From a virus (taxonomy: Duplodnaviria > Caudoviricetes): 41,924 bases of DNA. The stretch is from positions 1-41,924 of the IMG/VR virus record IMGVR_UViG_3300020120_000052. One strand, given 5' to 3'. A model generated the notes under the pieces. The model was given only the letters and a program-made list of their open reading frames with translations, searched no databases and was not told the DNA's origin. The stretch's first letter is position 1, and the number at the start of each line of letters is the position of its first letter. A program made the position numbers and the translations under genes. Of the stretch, positions 35,448 to 41,924 are shown piece by piece.

Positions 35448-35722
35448 CGTCGTCGGCCCATCGATCGCGGCGCGGGCGGCTCAGGCCTCGGCGCCAGCGG
35501 GTTGGCCAGGCGCTCTGAGTACGTCTTCAGCCAGGCCAGGAAGGCCTCGGTCGGGATCACGCGGATACGCGCCCCCAGGCGCAGCATCGGGAAGTCTGGC
35601 TCGCGGGCGAAGCCGTCCAGCGTCCACGTCGAAATGCGGGCGAGGGCAGCAGCCTCGGTACGCGTTAGGTACGGCTTCTTGGCAAGCTCATCTACAGGGT
35701 CGATAGCGGGCATCGCGGTCAC
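35444..35722 (-). CDS. Excisionase-like HTH_17 protein, 92 aa (GTG 35722)
   Basis: GGAGG at 35730-34; YLTRTEAAALARISTWTL...FPMLRLGARIRVIP.EAFLAWL. Confidence 0.85.
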   Translation of the reverse strand: MTAMPAIDPVDELAKKPYLTRTEAAALARISTWTLDGFAREPDFPMLRLGARIRVIPTEAFLAWLKTYSERLANPLAPRPEPPAPRSMGRRR

Positions 35723-36041
35723 ACCAGTTCCTCCAGGTGTTCTCCTCTTTCGTGTCGGCCGACCTGAGCGAGTCTGCTTGTCCCTCGCTAGCGATTCAAA
35801 CGCGGGAGCCGTGTCCGGTCTTTTTGGATCTAGCCCTACCTCGTCCTCGCTATTCCAGACAACACTGACTAACCGCGATTTCCACCACTTTTCATTTGTG
35901 ACATCGGTGCCGGTAGCGTCGCCGAGAGGCGTGGTTTCGGGGGCGTGTTCGTCCGAGGGCATCGGGCTGCTGCCTTTCCAGGAACAAGGATCTGCCGACA
36001 TCCAACCCCCCCAGGCGGTTGCCGGCTTTTGCCGCACTATG

Positions 36042-36116
36042 TCAAGGCTCGGCCTTGAATATTTACTGAGCGTTTACGAGATACGGTACGTTTAGGGATA
36101 GACAGGCTACACCTGT
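36042..36116. promoter_or_regulatory. Candidate repressor operators in the divergent immunity region
   Basis: TCAAGGC-TCG-GCCTTGA (36042-58) overlapping a minus-strand TTGACA (36045-40); ACAGG-N5-CCTGT (36102-16). Confidence 0.4.
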
Positions 36117-36163
36117 ATTCACAAGGCCTGGCAAGAGGGGGCTAGGAAATGCACACAACCTGA

Positions 36164-36667
36164 GTGGGAACGGGAGGAGTTCCTTATGCCAGCACCTGCG
36201 CACTGCGAGGACGAATACTGTTAGCCTTGGCTACATTGCAGACACTGGGCAAGCATCGAGTTTCCAAACCGACACTGCACCAGTTGTTGCAGGAAGAGAT
36301 GAAGCTGCGCGACATGGGGGTTACGCAGCTGGCGGAAGCCTTCGGGGTGCGATTTGGGGTGGCGGCCCGCTGGGTCGCCGAAGACGAGGCCAGGCGAGTA
36401 GTGCCAATGCCTTCGACGCTGGTGAAGTTGGCAGACTACTTCGACCTGGACGTGGTCGAGGTGTTCCGGCATGCGGGGTTCTTACCAGCCTTGGATGAAA
36501 AGCCAGATACACCCCAGGATCGAGACATCCGCCGTCTCAAGCGGCGGCTTCGTTACATGCTCACAGAGACGCCACCGACCTCCTGGCCAGCTGCCGCGAT
36601 CATCGCCGAGGCCGTCCTGGACCACCTCGCGGTGCTGCTCAGCAAGCTCGATCAGGTCGAGATGTAA
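36164..36667 (+). CDS. CI-like XRE repressor (start uncertain, probably downstream of 36164)
   Basis: LLQEEMKLRDMGVTQLAEAFGV...P.PSTLVKLADYFDLDVVEVFRHAGFL; divergent from xis and upstream of int. Confidence 0.8.
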   Translation: MGTGGVPYASTCALRGRILLALATLQTLGKHRVSKPTLHQLLQEEMKLRDMGVTQLAEAFGVRFGVAARWVAEDEARRVVPMPSTLVKLADYFDLDVVEVFRHAGFLPALDEKPDTPQDRDIRRLKRRLRYMLTETPPTSWPAAAIIAEAVLDHLAVLLSKLDQVEM

Positions 36668-36690
36668 TCGAACCCCTTTTCTCTCTTTAC

Positions 36691-36719
36691 TTGGCAACGT
36701 GCTTACGGGGCGTTACAGT
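36691..36719 (+). promoter_or_regulatory. Sigma70-type promoter for the integrase
   Basis: TTGGCA-17 nt-TACAGT. Confidence 0.55.
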
Positions 36720-36820
36720 ACCTGGTCATGCGCGGCTGTGGTGGCCGCGCCAGACACAAAGATGGCCGCCGCGAGCGGGAACTCGCAGCGGCCGGACACC
36801 CGAAAGGATTGGGCTTTCAG

Positions 36821-38149
36821 ATGCCAGCACAGGATAGCGCCGAGGGCGCCCGAACTACCGCAAAGCGTGCCGCGAAGGGCACGGGCGGCTGCTTCCCCGA
36901 GCGACGCGACGGCAAGATCGTCGGCTACGTCGCCGCACTTCCGATCCCCGGCCAACGGCCGAAGACCTTCAGGGGCAAGACCCAGAAGGAAGCCCTGGCC
37001 AAGCGCAAGACCTACGAGGAGCGCCTGGCGCGCGGCGAGGTCGTCCTGGGCAAGCCCCAGAAGACCCAGCTGGGCCTGGACGTGGTGCGCACCGTCACGG
37101 TCGCCGAGCACATCGACTACTGGCTGGACAACTGGGTGAAGCCGGACTTCGCCCAGGCCGCCGACGACATCCTGGTGCTCCAGGGCGGCCTGTCGCCGAC
37201 CACCTACGCCAAGTACCAGTACCGCGCCAACAAGCACCTCATCCCGCTGCTGGGCAAGCTGCGCTTCGATGACCTGGATAGCGACGTGGTGGATGCGTTC
37301 TGGGACGCCCTGGGCAAGAAGAAGGTCCCCTACACCTTGCGCTGGGAGCTTCTCGTCCAGCTGCGGACGCTCATCAACTACGTCCTGGACAACCGCCCGC
37401 AGTCGACCACCCTGCGCTACAACCCGGCCAAGGGCAAACTGAAGCGACTGCCCAAGCCCGAGGCCAAGAAGAAGCCCGCGCCCGAGGCCAGGAACATCCA
37501 GGCCATCCTGGACGCGGCGCGCGGCGACGAGTACGAACTGGTCATCCACCTCGGCTTGCAGCTGGGCCTGCGCATCGCCAACATCACCTCGCTGCGCTTC
37601 TCTGACTTCGGCGCCGACGGCGTCCTGGACGTCCAGCGACGGACGAACCGCGTGACCGGCTTCGGCGTGATCACGCGGCCTGGCCTGAAGGGCAAGAAGG
37701 ACTCGTACGTGTCCGAGAAGCCCGTGGACATGACCTACTGGGCGCCACTGCTGAAGGCCCAGCGGGAGCGGGTCCTCCAGAAGTTCATGCTGAGCCGCAA
37801 GACCTGGGTCGGGCCAGATCCGCGCTCGGAGGAGGCCTACCTGTTCCCGACGTGGTACGGCAAGCCGCAGGACCCCCAGGAGGTTTACAAGAAGTTCAAG
37901 GCCCTGGTGGCTCGCGCGGGCCTGCCCGACTACACCCCGCACCGCATGCGGCACGACTTCGTGTCGATCGCCCTGGCCAACGGGCGCAGCAACTGGGAGG
38001 TATCCAAGCTGGTGGACCACGCCTCCACCCAACTCATCGACTCGACGTATGGCCACGCCAACCACGAGCAGCTGGCGATCGGCTTCCAGGGCGTCGCGTC
38101 CTGGATCGCAACCAACGTCACCAGTGAGGCCGATGCAGCCACTGGTTAG
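36821..38149 (+). CDS. int: Tyrosine integrase (start 36821, or leaderless 36728)
   Basis: N-terminal arm-binding domain (RRDG...KTFRGKTQKEA), GLRI box I, HRMRH, DH and Tyr (STYGH) box II. Confidence 0.93.
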   Translation: MPAQDSAEGARTTAKRAAKGTGGCFPERRDGKIVGYVAALPIPGQRPKTFRGKTQKEALAKRKTYEERLARGEVVLGKPQKTQLGLDVVRTVTVAEHIDYWLDNWVKPDFAQAADDILVLQGGLSPTTYAKYQYRANKHLIPLLGKLRFDDLDSDVVDAFWDALGKKKVPYTLRWELLVQLRTLINYVLDNRPQSTTLRYNPAKGKLKRLPKPEAKKKPAPEARNIQAILDAARGDEYELVIHLGLQLGLRIANITSLRFSDFGADGVLDVQRRTNRVTGFGVITRPGLKGKKDSYVSEKPVDMTYWAPLLKAQRERVLQKFMLSRKTWVGPDPRSEEAYLFPTWYGKPQDPQEVYKKFKALVARAGLPDYTPHRMRHDFVSIALANGRSNWEVSKLVDHASTQLIDSTYGHANHEQLAIGFQGVASWIATNVTSEADAATG

Positions 38150-38180
38150 CCAATCGACGCGCCCGCACCGCGCCACCATC

Positions 38181-38222
38181 AGCCCCCTGGAGCACTGCCC
38201 TCCAGGGGGCTTGTGCTTTTTT
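38181..38222 (+). terminator. Intrinsic terminator after int
   Basis: Perfect 12-bp stem AGCCCCCTGGAG/CTCCAGGGGGCT followed by TGTGCTTTTTT. Confidence 0.85.
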
Positions 38223-38254
38223 GGCAGGATCACACACTGAGGAGGGCGCCACGC

Positions 38255-39283
38255 GTGGCAATCGAGCGGAGACTGATGGATGACGAGATGACCCCCGAAG
38301 AGGGCGACCAGGACGCACGGGAAGCGCTACGGCGTACGCCGATCAGGCTGCCAACCTACAAGCTGGAGCGGGTCCACGTGGCCATCCTGAACGTGGACTA
38401 CTCCCCGCCCCACGGCACAGGCTACGCCAGGCCGCTCTCAGAGCACCGTCTGAAGCAGCTGCGCCAGCATTGGGACCCGCTGGCCGTCTCGCCGCTGACG
38501 ATCTCCAGGCGGCCTGACAACACGCTCTGGGTCATCGACGGCAACCACCGTCGCGTCGTTGCTTACGAGAAGGGCATGCAGCAGCTGCCGGCCATGGTCC
38601 ACACCGGCCTGGAACGGGCCACCGAGGCCGACCTGTACACCAAGCTGGGGACCGTCCTGGGCCAGACGCCCTGGACCCGCTTCCAGGCCAAGCTGGTGGC
38701 CGGCGACGAGGCCGCCCAGGACATCGTCAAGATCGCCGAGCGGTACGACCTGGAGATCAATGGCTACTACGGCAACCAGGACGGCCACGTCGCGGCGATT
38801 GCCCGCGTGGAGTGGATCTACGCCAGGGGTGGCTCCGAAGGCCTCGACTGGGTCTTCGCCTTCCTGGGCGAGGCCTTCGGCTTTACGCGCGAGGCATACG
38901 GCGAGATGCAGCTGGAGGGCACCTTCGGCTTCTGGGTCCGCTACGCCGACCGAGTCAGCCGCGAGGAGGCCGCGCGCATCATCGGTGCGGCTGGGATCAA
39001 CGCCTGGTACGACCGAGCCGCCTCGATCTGGCAGCGCACCGACGTCGGCGCCCGCTCGAACACCTACGGCCTGGCCATCGCCGACGCGATCAATGACGTC
39101 TGGCGCAAGAAGGGCAAGAAGGTCAAGGAGCTACTGCCCGCCTGGCAGGCCAACCTGGCCAGCTTCGGCAGCCGCTACCGCAGCGGCATCAACTTCCGCG
39201 ACGTGTCCCAGAACTGGACGTCATCGTCACCGAAGAATCCGGCGCCGCAGAACCTGAGCATGCAGCAGCTGGAAATGCGTTAG
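38255..39283 (+). CDS. ParB/Srx-like (DUF6551-like) protein (~340 aa; start 38255 or 38276)
   Basis: LNVD...YARPLS...WDPLAVSPLTISRR...WVIDGNHR...EADLY. Confidence 0.8.
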   Translation: MAIERRLMDDEMTPEEGDQDAREALRRTPIRLPTYKLERVHVAILNVDYSPPHGTGYARPLSEHRLKQLRQHWDPLAVSPLTISRRPDNTLWVIDGNHRRVVAYEKGMQQLPAMVHTGLERATEADLYTKLGTVLGQTPWTRFQAKLVAGDEAAQDIVKIAERYDLEINGYYGNQDGHVAAIARVEWIYARGGSEGLDWVFAFLGEAFGFTREAYGEMQLEGTFGFWVRYADRVSREEAARIIGAAGINAWYDRAASIWQRTDVGARSNTYGLAIADAINDVWRKKGKKVKELLPAWQANLASFGSRYRSGINFRDVSQNWTSSSPKNPAPQNLSMQQLEMR

Positions 39284-39287
39284 CGGT

Positions 39288-39665
39288 GTGGTCACCATCC
39301 GCAAGCTCCAGGGGCCACACCCGGAGTTCGGCCACCGTCTCCCTAGCGTGACGCGCGCCGAGCCTGCCCCCATATCCGTGGAGGTCATCGGCAGCGTCGC
39401 GCCCGAGGAGGTGCCCAGGCTCGCACCTGTTCGGGGCATCTGGACTGCGCTGGCCAGGCGCGCGATCGAGGATCACGAGCAGGGGCGGGTGACCGTCGTC
39501 AAGCTGGACACCCAGGAGGCTGCCAAGCGCATGCGCAACGGCATGTCCGACTACATCCGCAAGGCTGGCTACCTGCTGCACCCGGTGGCCGTTGACCAGG
39601 GCAAAGATGGCATTCGAGTGTTCCTGGAGCTTCGGAGGAAGCCAGAACAGGAGACGACAGGGTGA
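39288..39665 (+). CDS. Hypothetical protein, 125 aa
   Basis: Codon usage; coupled to the next gene. Confidence 0.7.
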   Translation: MVTIRKLQGPHPEFGHRLPSVTRAEPAPISVEVIGSVAPEEVPRLAPVRGIWTALARRAIEDHEQGRVTVVKLDTQEAAKRMRNGMSDYIRKAGYLLHPVAVDQGKDGIRVFLELRRKPEQETTG

Positions 39666-39865
39666 CCGAGGACCCCCCATTCCATGCCTGGGGCCGCGCG
39701 GCGATCGACCTGTTGGCCGAACGCCTGGAGTCCACCCAGGCGGGCTGGTCGACCGACGACCTGGCCGAGTTCTGGCATGGCGCCACCGAGGCCTGCACGA
39801 TGCGGCTGATCAAGCTGAAACCCGAGTTGGTGCGACCGTGGCCACCGAGGCCAGACGCGTCGTGA
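39662..39865 (+). CDS. Hypothetical protein, 67 aa
   Basis: GGAG RBS, GTGA coupling. Confidence 0.7.
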   Translation: MTEDPPFHAWGRAAIDLLAERLESTQAGWSTDDLAEFWHGATEACTMRLIKLKPELVRPWPPRPDAS

Positions 39866-40137
39866 GCTTGATCCGCCGCAGCCTTGCCCTCTTGCCGTGG
39901 GTGGTGGCATTCGTCCTGAGCATCCCGTTCTACAACTTCGGCGGCCGCCTGGGACGCCAGGCACACTCGGACGCCGTTGCTACCGTGCTCGCCTCGGGGT
40001 TCGCTTTGCTCGCCTACCTTGGCATTCGCTACGTGGTCCTGCCGCAGCGGCGGGAGCGGATCTGGCAGCTGGTCATTGTGCTGCTGCTGGTGCTGTTCGT
40101 CGCCGACGCGATTTTCACGGAACTCGACTTCGACTGA
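39862..40137 (+). CDS. Three-TM membrane protein, 91 aa
   Basis: Hydrophobic spans LALLPWVVAFVLSIPFY, VATVLASGFALLAYLGIRYVVL and IWQLVIVLLLVLFVADAIF. Confidence 0.75.
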   Translation: MSLIRRSLALLPWVVAFVLSIPFYNFGGRLGRQAHSDAVATVLASGFALLAYLGIRYVVLPQRRERIWQLVIVLLLVLFVADAIFTELDFD

Positions 40138-40592
40138 TGATCCTGGGTATCGTCGGCGCCGAGGCGAAGAAGTTCACGCCAGCCACCGAGGCAGCTGCTC
40201 GTCAGACCATCCGATCGGCGATCAGGGCCTGGGGCGCCACCCTGGTGGTCAGCGGCCACTCGCCCCTGGGCGGCATCGACTGGTGGGCCATCGAGGAGGC
40301 CAAAGCCCTGGGCGTGGACACCAGGGAGCACCCAGCTGGCGTGCATACCTGGGAAAGCGTCGCGGGCGTGGACGGCTTCAAGGATCGCAACCTGAAGATC
40401 GCCAGAGACGCCGACGTGCTTATGTGCATCGTCGTCCTGCGGCTGCCGCCAGGCTTCAAGGGCATGGAGTTCGCCGACGGCTGCTACCACTGCCACACGC
40501 CGCCCGAGGATCACATCAAGAGCGGCGGCTGCTGGACCATGAAGCAGGCCGCCAGGATGGGCAAGCAGACCGCCCTGGCCATCATCGACTGA
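40137..40592 (+). CDS. SLOG-superfamily (YspA/DprA-like Rossmannoid) protein with Cys/His insert, 151 aa
   Basis: ILGIVG, VVSGHSPLGGIDWWA, RNLKIARDAD, SGGCWT; insert CYHC...H. Confidence 0.75.
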   Translation: MILGIVGAEAKKFTPATEAAARQTIRSAIRAWGATLVVSGHSPLGGIDWWAIEEAKALGVDTREHPAGVHTWESVAGVDGFKDRNLKIARDADVLMCIVVLRLPPGFKGMEFADGCYHCHTPPEDHIKSGGCWTMKQAARMGKQTALAIID

Positions 40593-40969
40593 TGCGCTGG
40601 GACGAGGTCCCGCCAGAACAGCGAGTAACGCGCGAGGAGGTCGCCACGTGGGCGCCCTTATGGCTGGACCGCTTCGACCATCCAGAGTGGTTCTGCCCGA
40701 TTGCCGTCCGTCCGTTCTTGAATGATCCCCGGTACTTGACCTGCACCGTCAAGTCCAACGGTCGTCTGTGCGCGCGCCACAGCCCAGGGTGGAAACCGCT
40801 CAGACACCTGCCGCCCCACCAATTCGACATCGAGGTACTCGCTGCCCGCCGCCGCTGGGGGATTGAGAGCGACCCGGCGCTCTTTACGGAGGTGGCCGAG
40901 CGCTACCAGGTTGCGGTACTGCGCATGCTCATCGACTCGCTACAGTTAGACACGTCGAGGCCGAGCTAG
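40592..40969 (+). CDS. Hypothetical protein, 125 aa
   Basis: TGATG coupling to the SLOG gene. Confidence 0.65.
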   Translation: MRWDEVPPEQRVTREEVATWAPLWLDRFDHPEWFCPIAVRPFLNDPRYLTCTVKSNGRLCARHSPGWKPLRHLPPHQFDIEVLAARRRWGIESDPALFTEVAERYQVAVLRMLIDSLQLDTSRPS

Positions 40970-41161
40970 ATGGGTAGACACGTTTCTGGACGCGTCACGT
41001 GCTTAAATCGGCCGATTTTGATCTCAGCTGGCGCCGCTTTACTTATCTCTCCGAGGGATAAGTTCCTGATCTGGAGGCCTCCTCGCCAATACGAGATAGA
41101 CGAGATAGGGGAGGTGGACAGGGCTGGAACCAGGGGAGTAAACACGTGATCATAAACACGT
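40947..41161. repeat. TARACACGT direct-repeat pairs flanking palindromes (attP-like architecture)
   Basis: TAGACACGT at 40947 and 40975; TAAACACGT at 41139 and 41153; palindromes at 41005-18 and 41041-63; ACGAGATAG tandem at 41091-41108. Confidence 0.6.
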
Positions 41162-41173
41162 CAGGAGGTGCTA

Positions 41174-41416
41174 ATGGTGCTTAGCTCTACCAAGCGCCCG
41201 TGTCCTGAAGACCCCGAGAAGCTCTGCGGCCAGCCTATCGGCATGTACCACTGCCCCTACTGTGGCTGCATGCAGGTCGCTTGCATGCCGCATATGTGCG
41301 ACTCGGACCTGTGCCTGCTAGAGAATTGCGACTGCCTCCCCGAAGGCGTCACTAAGTCGCGCAATCTGGTCGAAACCGAAGCACTCGAAGCGCTTGACCG
41401 ACATAGAGATGGGTAA
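41174..41416 (+). CDS. Cys-rich protein, 80 aa
   Basis: AGGAGG RBS; GQPIGMYHCPYCGCMQVACMPH. Confidence 0.75.
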   Translation: MVLSSTKRPCPEDPEKLCGQPIGMYHCPYCGCMQVACMPHMCDSDLCLLENCDCLPEGVTKSRNLVETEALEALDRHRDG

Positions 41417-41741
41417 AGTGACCAAACCAACAACCAACATTGACCACGAGACTTGGCGCGACGCCTATCGGGCCGGCTGGGAGCAGCGAGACACCGAACT
41501 CCGCGCCGAGATCGAGCGGCTGACGCTGGCGGATAGGCAGTGGGCTGACCACGTCAAACGCCTGTCCGAAGAAAACGAGCGGCTGCGGGCGCACATCGAA
41601 AAGGGCCACAGCCTGGTCAACGACATGGACCTGCGGATGCCAGAGCAGGCGACCGAAGACGCCGATGGCTGGATCAACTCGTACCGCATTCCGGTCGGAC
41701 CATGGCATCGCCTGCTTGGCTGGGCGCGAGGTGGTTGGTAG
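41409..41741 (+). CDS. Coiled-coil hypothetical phage protein, 110 aa
   Basis: AYRAGW, LRAEIERL and EENERLRA motifs common in phage early proteins. Confidence 0.7.
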   Translation: MGKVTKPTTNIDHETWRDAYRAGWEQRDTELRAEIERLTLADRQWADHVKRLSEENERLRAHIEKGHSLVNDMDLRMPEQATEDADGWINSYRIPVGPWHRLLGWARGGW

Positions 41742-41743
41742 AG

Positions 41744-41924
41744 ATGACTGACAAGCCGGTTGAGCATGCGCGGAACCCATACGGTGACTTCTGCGCCGAG
41801 TGCGAGGAGCCGTGGCCGTGCGAGGTCACCAGGCTGCGGGCGGCACTCGAAGCCCGTGGTCCGTACTGCGCCCAGCACGGCGAGCTTCAGCCGTGTTCAC
41901 AGCACCGCTGGGCGGGCGCCCAGG
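41744..41924 (+). CDS. Small C..C..PWPC protein, 3' truncated (not in ORF track)
   Basis: MTDKPVEHARNPYGDFCAECEEPWPCEVTRLRAALE...; open to the window edge. Confidence 0.65.
   Translation, partial: MTDKPVEHARNPYGDFCAECEEPWPCEVTRLRAALEARGPYCAQHGELQPCSQHRWAGAQ

Larger units (their letters stand above)
1..41924. mobile_element. Temperate tailed phage genome segment (Caudoviricetes, podovirus-like architecture), truncated at both window ends
   Basis: terS/terL/portal/scaffold/capsid/tail genes, replication module, repressor and tyrosine integrase; tightly packed ATGA/TGATG-coupled genes; no host housekeeping genes. Confidence 0.95.

Noticed and set aside
35723-36037. In-frame 105-aa N-terminal extension of the excisionase (197-aa ORF in the track)
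   Set aside because: Atypical codon usage, and a strong GGAGG sits 7 nt before GTG 35722; more likely a leader or regulatory region.
38150-38179. CGCGCCACCA before the int terminator as a tRNA 3' end or attP core
   Set aside because: No T-loop (GTTCRA) or T-stem upstream; too short to support.
2073-38233. Long opposite-strand or alternate-frame ORFs (e.g. 2073-3443, 9685-11127, 11115-12596, 12723-14366, 16857-18170, 22687-24216, 29855-31075, 36713-38233)
   Set aside because: Shadows of real GC3-rich genes; no motifs or RBS, and their composition is typical of antisense frames.
1-41924. tRNA, rRNA or tmRNA genes; stop-codon recoding
   Set aside because: No cloverleaf or rRNA signatures seen; genes are intact and coupled under the standard code, with TGA, TAG and TAA all used as stops.

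Overview
The whole window (GC-rich, roughly two-thirds G+C by eye) is phage sequence: most of a temperate, probably podovirus-like tailed phage genome, with no host genes and no visible prophage boundary. 1-25.4 kb (minus strand) is the packaging and virion module. It runs terS, terL, portal, four probable ejection/internal proteins (one a 2605-aa polyvalent protein with lytic transglycosylase, C39-like peptidase, HhH-glycosylase-like and LPD38-like regions), scaffold, HK97-fold capsid, FN3 decoration protein, adaptor, collagen fibre, nozzle-like protein and two more tail proteins. No tape measure or tail tube is recognisable. 25.5-29.4 kb is an oppositely oriented accessory operon encoding a C5 cytosine methyltransferase, a stand-alone DpdA/TGT-like base-exchange protein enclosed by nested direct repeats, several Zn-finger microproteins, a membrane peptide and an XRE HTH protein. 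29.4-35.7 kb (minus) is the early/replication module: iteron-like origin, RepA/AAA_25 helicase, ParB-like protein, VRR-NUC nuclease, RecT-like annealase, a secreted transglycosylase and an excisionase. 36.2-41.9 kb (plus) holds the repressor, tyrosine integrase, a second ParB-like protein, a 3-TM + SLOG pair, an attP-like repeat array and small genes. The best candidates for new biology are the repeat-bounded DNA-modification cassette, the glycosylase-like domain in the giant injected protein, and a genome-wide excess of the palindrome CAGCTG. All family calls come from motif recognition by eye; no searches were run.
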